Positions 49,074 through 60,594 of a stretch of DNA of 64,000 nt are shown here, piece after piece. The stretch comes from Lepidodermella squamata (Eukaryota; Animalia; Gastrotricha). The notes under the pieces were generated by a model. It made no database searches, was not told the origin of the DNA, and worked only from the letters and a program-made list of their open reading frames with translations. Position 1 is the first letter of the stretch. Each line of letters begins with the position of its first letter. The translations under genes were made by a program, and so were the position numbers. Location: positions 1,674,001-1,738,000 of the forward strand of contig JBLDXI010000013.1 in the NCBI GenBank assembly GCA_047495785.1, read 5' to 3'.

Positions 49074-51685
49074 TTTAAAGTTGAAATTTCTAGTAAGAAT
49101 AGTAACCGTTTCATCAACAAGTAACGTTTCAATCTCCTCATTCCTCATAAATGAGTCCATGTGAATATTCTTGTGGCTGCTCATAAGTTAAGTTTGTAGT
49201 TAGAAGCGCCACGTTCTATTATGACAGCTCGCCAAACAATCAGATGCATAAGTAGGTTCAAATTCGTTTTTAAAATTTGACAGCAGAGTGCTGGCCTCAA
49301 GAAACTGCATTTAATGGTCCGAACCAAAGGATAAGAGCTACTACTGCTTATTCGACGGATTGTTTTAGAGCATGGAAGTCTGACCCCTTATTTGATAATC
49401 TTTAATTTTTTCAAGGCGTGACTGGCACTGCATTCAATTGAGACCGCAATTCATTCAGTCACAAGTCATATACATATACTGATATTAAGAGACGTAATTA
49501 AATGGGTAATCAAATCCACGCCATTGCTCACACAAGCCGAACATACATGCTTTCCATTTCCATAAGGAATTTCAATTTACGGCTTGTTCCTCCCCTATGG
49601 ATCGCTAGAAATGTTCCAAGATACAAACGGCATTACTAGTGTCAAAAGAGTGTAATAACAGCCACTCAGCCACAGCAAGAAGAAGTGTTACTTGCATCAT
49701 ATTAGAAAGTTAGGTAACGATACAACAGCATACGAAAAGGCATTTTGAACAAGTGTAACTTTAGGCACGCAAAAGTGAGCAGCTGAATTGACAAGAATGG
49801 AAAAGATTCTCGATGCAAATCTAAGAAAAAAAGGCATAGGGTTTCAAAAGTGGCTCATCGCTCATCGCAAAAGGCCAATGTATAGATGGGTGGTGGGCGA
49901 GCAGGTTTCATGCATTGATAGCCCTATTTGCTTCCTTAGTTTCATCTGATCGCAGTTCGCAGTTTCTGGGTCACGTTGACAATCAAGAAAAGACTTTTCT
50001 TTAAATGTTAAATGACCGATCTGTAAACGTATAACGTATAACACGTTATCTCAATCCTAGACTGACGATAAGTGGTCTTTGAGATGGACTATCCTCGATC
50101 TTCGATGTCTAGCCAGCGTACACGATGACGGAATCTCGCCGCCCGCGGTGTGTGGTGACGTGACAAAATCGCTCCGATCGGTGCCTAAGCGCGCGCCAGT
50201 AAGTTATCATTAGACGGTGAAGGATGACAAAACAATTTATTTTACCATATTTGATAATAAAACCTAATTTTAAGCTAAACATAAAATTATGATTTATTGA
50301 TAGATCAAAAATTGATCGCATGTTTTATCCCTCAAATTCGTTTATTTTTTCAAGTCGCGCAACATTTTCGACTTTTCAAAACGCCAGCTCTCGCTTCGAT
50401 TCCAGCCAAAATTCATGAATCATTGATGAGTAATACTGTTTACTACAAGGAATCATTTGATGACAGTTTTGTCCGACTGAGACCACTATCGGCTGAGCGA
50501 CACTATTGAAAAAGATGGCGAACGACTTTGACACTCAACTTAACTTGCATTGGGTAACACTGTTACTTCCGTTTAGCATCTGGGATTTTCAGGGATTATC
50601 GCCTATTTAAGTGAATCGAATGTCAAGGCCGATATTTTGTAGAGCCAATGATCCTGTGATGTCTTCCTTCGCCCTTTCAAGCAATGAAATGAAATACCTG
50701 AACAAGACTGCTTTGCGCAGTAAAAATAGTTTTATGCCATGGCGAAGCGTCTTGGTTCACCGCCGGGGAATTTCCTAAGCTCCACGAGGAGGGCAAGGCT
50801 GACAGCTTGTCCAAACTTTTAAGGGGGCCCATCAAGATTTGGAGTTATATCAAAAACTTTCGGGTTCGCACGGATGTTCATAGCGACAACCACAACGGTC
50901 AATCATTTGAGTATCGAAGGGGTTTTATCGACTGTGGTCAGGAAACAGTCTGTCGAAACTTTTATTCATGTTATTAATCCGTTCAGTGTCTTTAGCCCAA
51001 AACCCAGCCAGGAACGTGGCTTGCTCGCACCAATGTTTTTACAACACGCGCTGCCACAATTCTTTGTTTACTCTAATACTTTACCGAGGTGCTCTCTCAT
51101 GCCTATAGGACGACAATTGGCTTAGTTTGATTTCAAATTTTTCTTGAAAAAGGGCTAACGTTGACCGTTTAAACGGCATTGGGCCAGACTTATTCGCTCA
51201 AAGTCTTTTCCAAGGGGTCTCTAGTGGTTCTAAAAACCATCTACCATCTTGCCAGCAACTTCAACCATGTCCCACCACAGTAATGAGGATTCGGCTCTTC
51301 GTATGCCATTTTTTGGAATACATCCTTCCATGCACCTGCTTACAGCTGTCAGCAATTTCGATGCAAATTCAATCAGTATCACTTGCTAGGCGTTCCGTCA
51401 AAATTTCATTTGTGAAAAGTCGCAAGAAGTCTCAACTTTTCAAATCGAAATTTTCATTTTCATGTTGAACCTGTGATTAAGTCTGTGATTCGGTGGTTCC
51501 ACTAAGATTATATAGCAATTTACTAGCTACTTTCAGATATACTTCTAAAATATGTTAAAATTTCAAGCTGCAACCATGGTTTAATTTTCGCAAATGACAT
51601 GTCGCGAGAGTAATCCGCCGTATTCCGTGCACCGATGACTATTACAATCACGGCTGTATTGGAAATTTCAAATTAGATTAACATT

Positions 51686-52905
51686 GGGTGCGTTTCTTTA
51701 TCTCAATTTTATTTCATTTTTTAAAATAAAATGAAAATAAAATGGTCGTTTCATCGATATTCATTGTTTATAAATTTTTTGTGTTTTCACGTTTCTTTTC
51801 GTCATTTTATTTTATAAAATGGCGCAAATAAAGCACGCGTTTCATCGAAAAAATCAATTTTTTTAGCTCAAGGAAAAACAGGGGGTAGAGCCGTTTTGGT
51901 CTTATTTTACACTTGTATTCTGAGGCTTTTCTGCGGAAAAACGTCCATTTTTATATCGTCTTATATAGAATTGCGCTCGTAGAAGAGTTCAGCGGAACTT
52001 GGTTCGACAACGTCACTTCTCTATGGCAATGTTTGAGCAGTGACACTTCAGCAACTGCCACTATAGCAGTTGTGTTATTCAGCAATACAACTATAGAGCC
52101 CACGTCATTTCAGTTGAGGTTTTTTAAGCTAACGGTATCTGCTCAGTGCGTAGTGCGACATGTCAACCACGACATTCGCGCTAACGACATTTGAGCTGAC
52201 TATAAATTAATTATTAATTTAAGTGTTGAATCTTGGCTATACGAGCGGAGCGAGCATGCCCAGCTCCACCTCTATAGCTTCTATATAGGTCCATTGTATT
52301 TGAATAATAATAAAAATAATTAACATAAATTTAGCTGATTTGTCGAGTGGCTAAGTTGTCGCTTCGCTCAGCTCAGTTCGCGCAAATATCTTAGAGCCTT
52401 TAATTCGACGAATGTGGAAAACTTCTACTGCCCAAATATATTATTACAAATCTTTTGCGGAAGTGGCAGTTGCTGAAGTGTCGCCTGCTCAATCGGCAAT
52501 GCTGAGGTGAAGTCGTTGAACTACGTTCTACTGAACTTTCCTAAAACCTATAATGTTTCGATGGGACGAATTTGAGATCGGCGCTTCCCGGACGCTCTCA
52601 TGCTCCTATGGGCTTAGGGCAATCACGTTCATACGTTCAAACTACGCTCAAAACATTCATTTTTTTCATTTCTTTATCAGTGCGTAGTTTATAAACAGCA
52701 CGTGTCGTTTCATTCACATTTTCTTTTCCAAAATCATGAAAAAAATGTGATAATGAAATGACGTTTTATTTTATAAAATAAAATGGAAAAAATCGAATAA
52801 AGAAATGATATTTATTTTAATTTTAAAATTTAAAATGATAAAGAAATGTCAGTGTTTAATTTTAATTTTAAAATAAAAAATGGCTTGTGATAAAGAAACG
52901 CACCC
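51686..52905. mobile_element. Non-autonomous PIF/Harbinger-like DNA transposon, 1220 bp, with a nested internal inverted repeat
   Basis: Perfect 17-bp TIR GGGTGCGTTTCTTTATC and a 3-bp ATT duplication (51683-5, 52906-8). AT-rich subterminal repeats. Inner IR at 51986-52062 / 52462-52537. Confidence 0.8.
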
Positions 52906-54125
52906 ATTTTTGGGCTAAACTTTGTCGGCTAATTCTGAACTTCGAATTTCTTTCAAATTAGGCTCTCGACCTAAGTTCGTGCTTCTGCTGTTAAAAGTTA
53001 AAGTTGAAGAAATAAAATTTTCATAAGATTTGTAAGGATAGCAGAATAATTGGATGCTAGAATAATAGGGAGTGTAACTTCAAACTCAGAATTCAACTGT
53101 TCTTCAGTTGGGGACGCATTCCAGGGGACGAAAAATTACTTCGACGATTGTCTTTTTATAGTCTTCTATGCATGCAGGTTTTCATTCATCAATCCTGCAA
53201 TCATTTTATGCTAGCTTTCAACGTTTGACCAGTGAGAGCTGTAATCTTTTCACCCAACTTTATTGAAGTGCACAGACAAATCTCTACCTATAAAAATAGA
53301 TTTATCAATGTTGCTAGTAAAAAACCATCAATGGAATCCACGAAAACACTCTCTTCAATGTTTTTTGCGTAGGTATTGTAGCAATGAATTGACAGCAACG
53401 GTAATATTTTACTTATCAACAAGTCGAATATCCCCGTATCTATAGACATGAATAAATACAGTGCAACTGAAGAGCATAAGAGCCAAATTTTAGAATATGT
53501 AGTTCCGTTTACTTATAAAAATAATTACACCCTATTTCCATTTACAAAGCTCAATATGTACAGTTTCTTTCCGCCAGCTTTGCCAGCGAAGCGTTAGAAC
53601 ATGAAAAACACAAAGCACTAACAATAAGCAGCTACATTGACAAAAGAATTACAGACATAAACGTGTTACAAGAATTAGCGGAGGTATTCAGGTGACAGTA
53701 AATGGTGGGTCGAAAATATGGCGAATTAACAAATAGATATTTCAGTAATTTATATGTAAATCACGGAATCTGGTAGCAATACTCTTTCAATGCCAGAAAT
53801 TTCATCTCTTAGGATGAAAATTCGAAAACAAAATGTCATGCTCAGCTTAACCGTTGTCAAAAATGGCACAAATTTTCGCAAGGTGTTAATGAAATACCTA
53901 CTTCGCATCAGTGGTTTTATATAAGGCTTCTAATGAAAGCTCCGCATGAACATTTAGTCTTGTCGCAAAGCATATTTTTAAAATATTCAACGACAGCTTT
54001 CAAATACACACACAACACACAAGCACACCCGATCGTTATGTTGTTACAAACACAAACTTAAAGTTCCAAAGTGCGGCTACTGCATCGCGAAGAGAAATGT
54101 TTTGAAAGTTCAAGGCAAAAGTGAT

Positions 54126-57100
54126 TCAAGATTTTGGCGTGTTACTCACACCGGACCCAACAAAGCGGACCTGTTTTGAATCAAAAGATGATTGACGACC
54201 AGAATTTGAACCGTTGTTATAAGCAATTTGCTTGTCTTGCTCATGGCGGCGCCGAAGTTCTTCAAACGCTGCCAGATCGGACGGCTCATCAAAGTGTGGC
54301 CTAATCTGCGCATTGGCATTGTTTGACCGTGCGAAGGCCAAGAAGCCATCATCTGGCTCCTCATACATTTGTTGTTGATTGTTAGGCTGACTTTTTGTTC
54401 TAGACACCTTCCCGCTAGTTTTCGTGGATTTCACTTGCTTTTCTGGCTCCTGGGGTTTCACCCGTTTAACCTTTGGTTTAGGCACATTACGCGCATACTC
54501 CAACAACTTTTATGTAAATAAAATGAAATTACTTAAATGACACGCTTGATGTTTTTCTTACTTTTTGGCGCCTCAATTGTTCATCCGACGGCTGTTGAGC
54601 AAATCTGGGGGAGGCGTCTCGATTTTCTAGAGCATGTCTATTCATCTCTTCCACGACCTGGGCGTATTTCAACCTCCTCGTCTGCCTTTCAGCTTTAGCT
54701 CGCACATGCTCGTTATCGAGATCAGGCCCAAGACCGCCAACTTTGCTTAAAGCCTGGATTTCTTTCTTCATTTGTCGATAGTCGCGGAGAGTGTAAGGTT
54801 TGTAGCTGGTCACCTGGTTCGCCTTTGACATTTGATTCAAAAAGTTCATTGCATAGCCTGAATTTTGTTGGGCCTCTTGAGGCAACTGTTGCTGCATATA
54901 CATGTTGTGACGGTCTATAGAATCAAAAACAGTACATAATAATTCTCGTGTGATTTAACGGGTCAATTAAGCAAAAAAAGAAGAAACAGCGTGAAATTGA
55001 AGATAAGAATAGGGTACCTTTAAGATGAGTATATTCAGATTGGGCTCGAACTTTGTGTTTCGACTTTTTTGCGGGTTCAAGGTTAAGTCGCGACGAAAAC
55101 AGGGTTTCTAAGAAAATTAAAAAGCCAGGCGTGCAGTTAAAAAATAGAAAAGCCAGGTGTTAGTCAGCAGGAAAAACTACTGTCACTCGAATCAATCTTA
55201 AGTTGTAAAATTGTATACCTGGAATGATGGGCGGTAACAAATTGTATTGATTCATCGACTCGTTATATAGATTGTCGTAGTATTGCCTCGATTGCCTTGC
55301 AGACATTAGAGGCCAGTCAGCCTGTGGCGAGAATTAAAAACAGTGCAAAATATCAGAGATTAAGCCCGGAAAATTACAGCTTGTCCGACCGCATGACCTC
55401 GAAATTGTTGACCAGGTTGATAAAGACCAACTTTGTTGACATTTTGGTGTGAGAAAGAGTTTGACAAGCGCATATCCTGTGGCAGTCCTTGGGACATATT
55501 TTGAGGACTTCCATAGTAGAGGCTTGGATCTTGCTGCATTTGCCTAGGTTGGGTCGCCATATAATCATCGTACATTGCCGCACGTTGAGGTTGCATCATA
55601 GGTTGCATCATAGGTTGCATCATGGGTTGCATTTGGAAATTAGCCATTTGTCTGTAACCCTGTTCCGGTTCCATGTAATTTTGTTGATAGTTTGCAACCC
55701 GCTGAAATTGTTGTTGTTGCTGAGGTGGATTCTGATATCTATTGACAAGTTTGTATTTGAATTCTAATAACAAGCAACAATATCGATACCTAGGAAACTG
55801 GGCCTCTTGAATCTGCATAGATTGAATTTCGTGGTTAACTCTAAATCGGTTGGGCATAGTTTCTTCAGTGACAGCTGATAGCTGGTTCGGTACAGGTCCA
55901 TGTTTTTTCTGCAGCTGAAGGCCAGATTGCCCGGTAGGCGCCGGCTTAGGTGGACCTATTATTGCCGAAGATTTGCTTGGCGCTGACGAGGATTTTGCCG
56001 CGGCTGATTCGTTAGCTTTGCGCAGAACGGCTCTTTTCTCCTGAGCTAGAGCCAGCCTTTCTACATTAGCCTGCCAACCCGATTGTACATAAGCCTCCTC
56101 CGCGTTATTGTAACCGCTTTCATAAAAATCGTTGTTGGACAAATATCGCCCGTCATTCTCTGACTCCGCAGTAGCATACGAATAGCTGCCTTCATAGTCT
56201 TGATCTGTTTCAGCGCGGTACGTTTGACCCTGCTTTTCCAGGCGTTTAGCTCTTCTCAATTCGGCAGCTTTCTGCTCAACTTTCATTCGAATCCGATATC
56301 TTTCTTCTTCTATCAGATCCGTCACGTCCTTATCTTCTTGCTTCCTTTCCAAAATTTGTCCGTACGATGAACCCTAATTACATCATTAACATTAATAAAA
56401 AAATTCATTGCGCTCCAATCCTAACCTTTGATCGACCGTAAGTTCGTTTGTTGTGCTCTACATAATCGACGTCTGTGCGTCGAAATGGCAGGGGCTGTTG
56501 TGGTTGCTTTCGAGTTTGTGGCTGTTGCTCGCCATTGTTTTGTTTCTTTTGGTACATTGAAGAATCATTTGCGCCGAACGGACGGTCCACAATCCTTGAT
56601 TGGCTTTGCTGCTGGCTGCTTTTTCCCATGCTTCGATCTGATTCGATTCTTTCGTAAGCATAACCTTCATTGTAGTTTTGGGCCGCGTTTCCCCAAGGTA
56701 GGTTGCTGGCATTGGGACTCAAGCCCTCGGCGTACTTTTTTCCTGGCTCATAATAGTATTCATCTTCAGCATATGGATCTCGGCTGCTGCCTCCAGAAGG
56801 CACAGTAACGGATCCTTGAAGTGTCGAGGAAGACATTGTGTTTTTAAGAGGAATTCGAGAATTCGGTGTGTTATCAGGTGATGTCATTTCACCAACATCG
56901 CGAGTATCTTTGCTGTGCTTTTTATGATGTTTTCGTTTTTGTTTCGTCGGATGCTCGGTAACTGTCGCATCAGAGTCGCTGCTTTGGCGAATTTCCGTGA
57001 CCTGGGCTGGTGGCGGCATCATCTGATACATAAATGAGAATGGCACGGGTAATCCTGAGGGGAAACCGCCTGGAGCGGCTATATAGATCATTCCTGGATT

Positions 57101-57670
57101 TGTACCAGGCCCAGGAAATGCACCCGGCGGAATATATGTTGGCATCGCTTGCTGGCCTTGTGACCCAGCCGCTTCTTGATTGACGGCGCTAGAATCGCCA
57201 GGCGGTTTAGCTTCGCCAGCACTTTGTTCCAATGCTTTCTTTTTGTTGGATCGTTTATGGTGTCCATCGGCTCTCTTCTCTCGAGGTTTTGAGGGTGTCT
57301 CGACATCACGCAATTCCAAAGGCGGAATAGCACTTGTGACACTTTCCAGGCGTGGAGGGTCAGCCCATCCGGTATCGAGCGAGTCACGAAGCTCTAGGCT
57401 CCTATTATTACCACTTTTAGAGCGACTCTGTTTTTGTCGAGATATTGGTTTACTGTGAGGGGTAGCACCTTCCAATGAATCGGTCGAGCTTATGCTGCTC
57501 GAGACATCATCGTCCTCAGGAACATCCTGCACTCGACTGCTGACAAAGCGATACAGCTCTTCATCTTCTTTAGTGAAAACTGGCGAGTATACGTAAACTT
57601 TCTTCGTATCACCAACAATTTCCACTTCAACGTCCGATTCTTTTTCCGATTCAGTCCGATCTGAGTTCAT
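54126..57670 (-). CDS. JHY: JHY-like protein (juvenile hydrocephalus; motile cilia); exons 57670-56426, 56373-55790, 55738-55378, 55321-55219, 55107-55018, 54914-54562, 54506-54126 (~1038 aa)
   Basis: DYVEHNKRTYG..SY. C-terminal YKPYTLRDYR..GGLGPD..RLKYAQVVEEMN, LEYARNVPKPK and ELRRRHEQDK match the JHY conserved blocks as I recall them. Introns are phase-compatible. Confidence 0.75.
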
Positions 57671-58614
57671 TGATGGCTAGGCATTTTCAAATAAAAGCAG
57701 ACGATCTCTTGGTTACTAATTCCCTACAATAAGAGGTAAGAAACAGTTATGGGTGAATAAACGGATATTATATTTCGTCACATTCTGTGGTGTTTTTAAA
57801 GAGCAAAGGCTGATCAAAATCAATTTGCCAACTTCTGTGTCCAATACGGTGATCTCTAGACAGAAAACAGCGATAAGTAAGCTATCAAGCTGCGCAAAAT
57901 GAGCGCAGGAAATACCCTTAACCATATTTCCCATATATAGATTTAATTAGAACACGCAAACACAAGGAATACTGATCTTTCCAGCTAAATATAAGATTGT
58001 AAGCAAGCATATTTAGGTCGATGCGCTACATGAGACGGCCTTGCATTCGAAGGGCCGCGATAAGATCTAGGAAGAAAATCCGGCAGAAAAGGTGGAATGT
58101 TCTTATCACGATACAGTGAATTATTCTCTCAACATCTAAAGGGTTCTGACGTCCCGATTTAGATCAAGTTCCCTTCTGTGCTATATTTAGAGCCACAATA
58201 TGGGCGTAACTAAGACGCTATTTTTCACACAAAATATTGCTTTTAAGAAAAATCAGTTTTAAATATTGTTATAAATTTTTTTTTCACAAATTGTTTATTA
58301 GGCATAGTGATGCGTCCTTCGTGTTTTGTGCGGTGTCGTCGATCTTGAAGTCAGAAGTCTGAATTCGCACGGGTCTGAATTATGCTTCCCTGTTGCCTGA
58401 ATTTGCACGGGACATTATTAGCCTGAAGGAGTATGTCCTTACTGCCATTTTTTACGGCAATTTGGCTGCAGTCAAATGAGTTGGCCCAAATTAATCTCCA
58501 ATACATGAAATCATGACCATGTCTACGTTCAAAAACCGGTCTACATTTTGCCTTCACTGTTCACTGCCGCAATCCATAAATAGCGCCGAAGACATCGCTC
58601 TCCTGAATGAATAG

Positions 58615-58651
58615 CCACAGATCTCCAACGTTGGACGTTGGAGAGCTGTGG
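58615..58651. repeat. Short hairpin/palindrome (17-bp arms, one mismatch, 3-nt loop)
   Basis: CCACAGATCTCCAACGT-TGG-ACGTTGGAGAGCTGTGG. Confidence 0.8.
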
Positions 58652-59016
58652 AGAGCGCAGCCAACTATGGAATAATACCTCTGTAAAAATTAGCATGTTT
58701 AACTAGCATGCAAACTAGTATTACTTCTATTTAACTAAAATAGTAGCAAACTACTATTACTAGGCTGAAAAGAGACTCGTCAGAAGGCTTAGAAAAGTAC
58801 CTGTGAAAGAAAGAAAAATCAGCCAAAGACAGGTTTTGCACCGTGGCACTTGGCCTCGGAATTGCATGATAGACTTCATTGTTCATTGCCTTTCTTGCAC
58901 TCGTCTAGCTGCCATTGCTGTCGAAGGAACTACTCGATCGATACATCGCAATTAAGCCTTGATGAACATTTTGTTTATTTTTAAACGGAAATGTGCCATT
59001 AGGCTATTGTAGAATA

Positions 59017-59204
59017 CAGTGGAACCCCGATTTCCCGTCTTCTGCGGTTCCACGAAAATCCAGACGGGAAATCAAAATTGACGGGAAATATAGGTAGTTT
59101 TGCGTGTAATTGCCCTCTGCGGGGCCAAGTCGCTCCTAAATATTTATATGTCGCGATTTCTCGTCAGACGGAAAATCAGGTGACGGGAAATCGGGGTTCC
59201 ACTG
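59017..59204. mobile_element. Tc1/mariner (Tigger-like) MITE, 188 bp
   Basis: Perfect 23-bp TIR CAGTGGAACCCCGATTTCCCGTC with TA duplication. Internal GACGGGAAAT repeats. Confidence 0.88.
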
Positions 59205-59492
59205 TATTGAATATTGCTATCGCGGTGGATTGGTTGTAGATTTTAACCTGAAGTCACTTCTTGGACTTGGACTCACTCATAAACTCACTCATAAACACGG
59301 CCTTTATAAATTAATCGATGTCGTTTCCCCATTATTCATCATTGCCACAACCTAATTCGAAATTCGAAATTAGTTCGAAGTTCGATCTTATAACCTCTTC
59401 CCTCTTTACCCCCTCCCGTTCTTCACGGTTCAGTACGGTCTTCCAATTTAGATTGTATTGAAATTGAAGCTTCTACAGACATCTAAAGCCAT

Positions 59493-60236
59493 ATGGTATC
59501 ACCTTTCAAAGACGAAATTGACTTCGACGAAGTGGAGAGACTGGGCATAAAAGCTATCGACCGAGACGTTAGATACTGGCGTGAAAATGATGCGAAATTT
59601 AGAGCCGTCAACCAAAAGGTAGCTACATACGAAGAATTTCGCGATATTGTCCTCGCTGCTCATTTGAACCCTTTGGACAAAAAAGACAAAGCGGCTCTTA
59701 CCCCTCAAAGCAAGTCTCACCTGTCATGCTGGAATTCTGCCGCAAAGAAAGGTTTGATTGCGATAAAATGAATTGTTAACCCCTAACTTGTTACAACAGG
59801 TGCCGATATTTCATGCGACAAATTACCAATCGCCGAACATTTAACCGAGTCATTGCCCATGCCTAAGAGTCCTGCGGAATTTTGGAAATATTGGAAAATT
59901 GCCGAAACGAAGGATTCGCGATATAACTACCTCGTCAGCTTTCCAACAGGTGCGATTTCAGATATCTTCAGGACAGAAATACCCGCCGGCCTGTTGATGG
60001 AAATTGTATCTGTGCTTCGATCAGCTTATGAAGAGCGCAATCCGTCAGAAGTTTGCCCTCTTGTCGTCAGCATACTCAGCCAACTTTCTGAATCGTCGCG
60101 GTTTACACTTAACATGATGTTCCTCGGGAACAGCGACAAATTACTTGTGAAAGAATTGCTCGAAACTATCTCAAAATCAGCGGATGAATCGTTGATCCCT
60201 GGCATTAATGATCTTCTCATGAAATATTGCCCGTAA
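59493..60236 (+). CDS. CCDC103: Dynein attachment factor CCDC103 (DNAAF19); exons 59493-59751, 59800-60236 (231 aa)
   Basis: IDF...D.RYWRENDAKFRAVNQKVATYEEFRDIVLAAHLNPLDKKD, followed by an RPAP3_C-like domain (PKSPAEFWKYWK..IFRTEI..SRFTLNMMFL). One 48-nt intron. AATAAA 5 nt after the stop. Confidence 0.92.
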
Positions 60237-60594
60237 TATTCAATAAAACTTATTTCATTAGCGCAGTTTATTTTCTTGTTCATATGATTGTTCAAAATTG
60301 ATCCAGCAAATGAATTATTAAATAACAAGGTAATAATTGCTGCAATAATTGCAATGCCAGTGACGGCATTGACTGTCGCAATAAATTGGAGGCCTTCACT
60401 GAACCAGGCCTTGTTCGTTGCAAATAAATCAACAATCAATGAGCAGTTGTCATGAAACAGATCGAGATCAAATCTTATAATACAATAAAAAACAATAACA
60501 ATAACAAAATGATGGCTTTCTCGTATTTCACCCGTTCTCAATAAAGCTCTTTAAGCACATACGATAGAATAACTAATACTTCTAGGATAATTTC

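Noticed and set aside
50520-51465. Peptide DFLRLFTNEILTE resembling the N-terminal part of a piggyBac transposase
   Set aside because: It is a single short match in a stop-riddled frame, with no DDD motifs, TIRs or TTAA ends identified.
60026-60541. 171-aa hydrophobic minus-strand ORF
   Set aside because: It overlaps CCDC103 in antisense and the LRR gene 3'UTR, has a non-ATG start and shows no homology cues.
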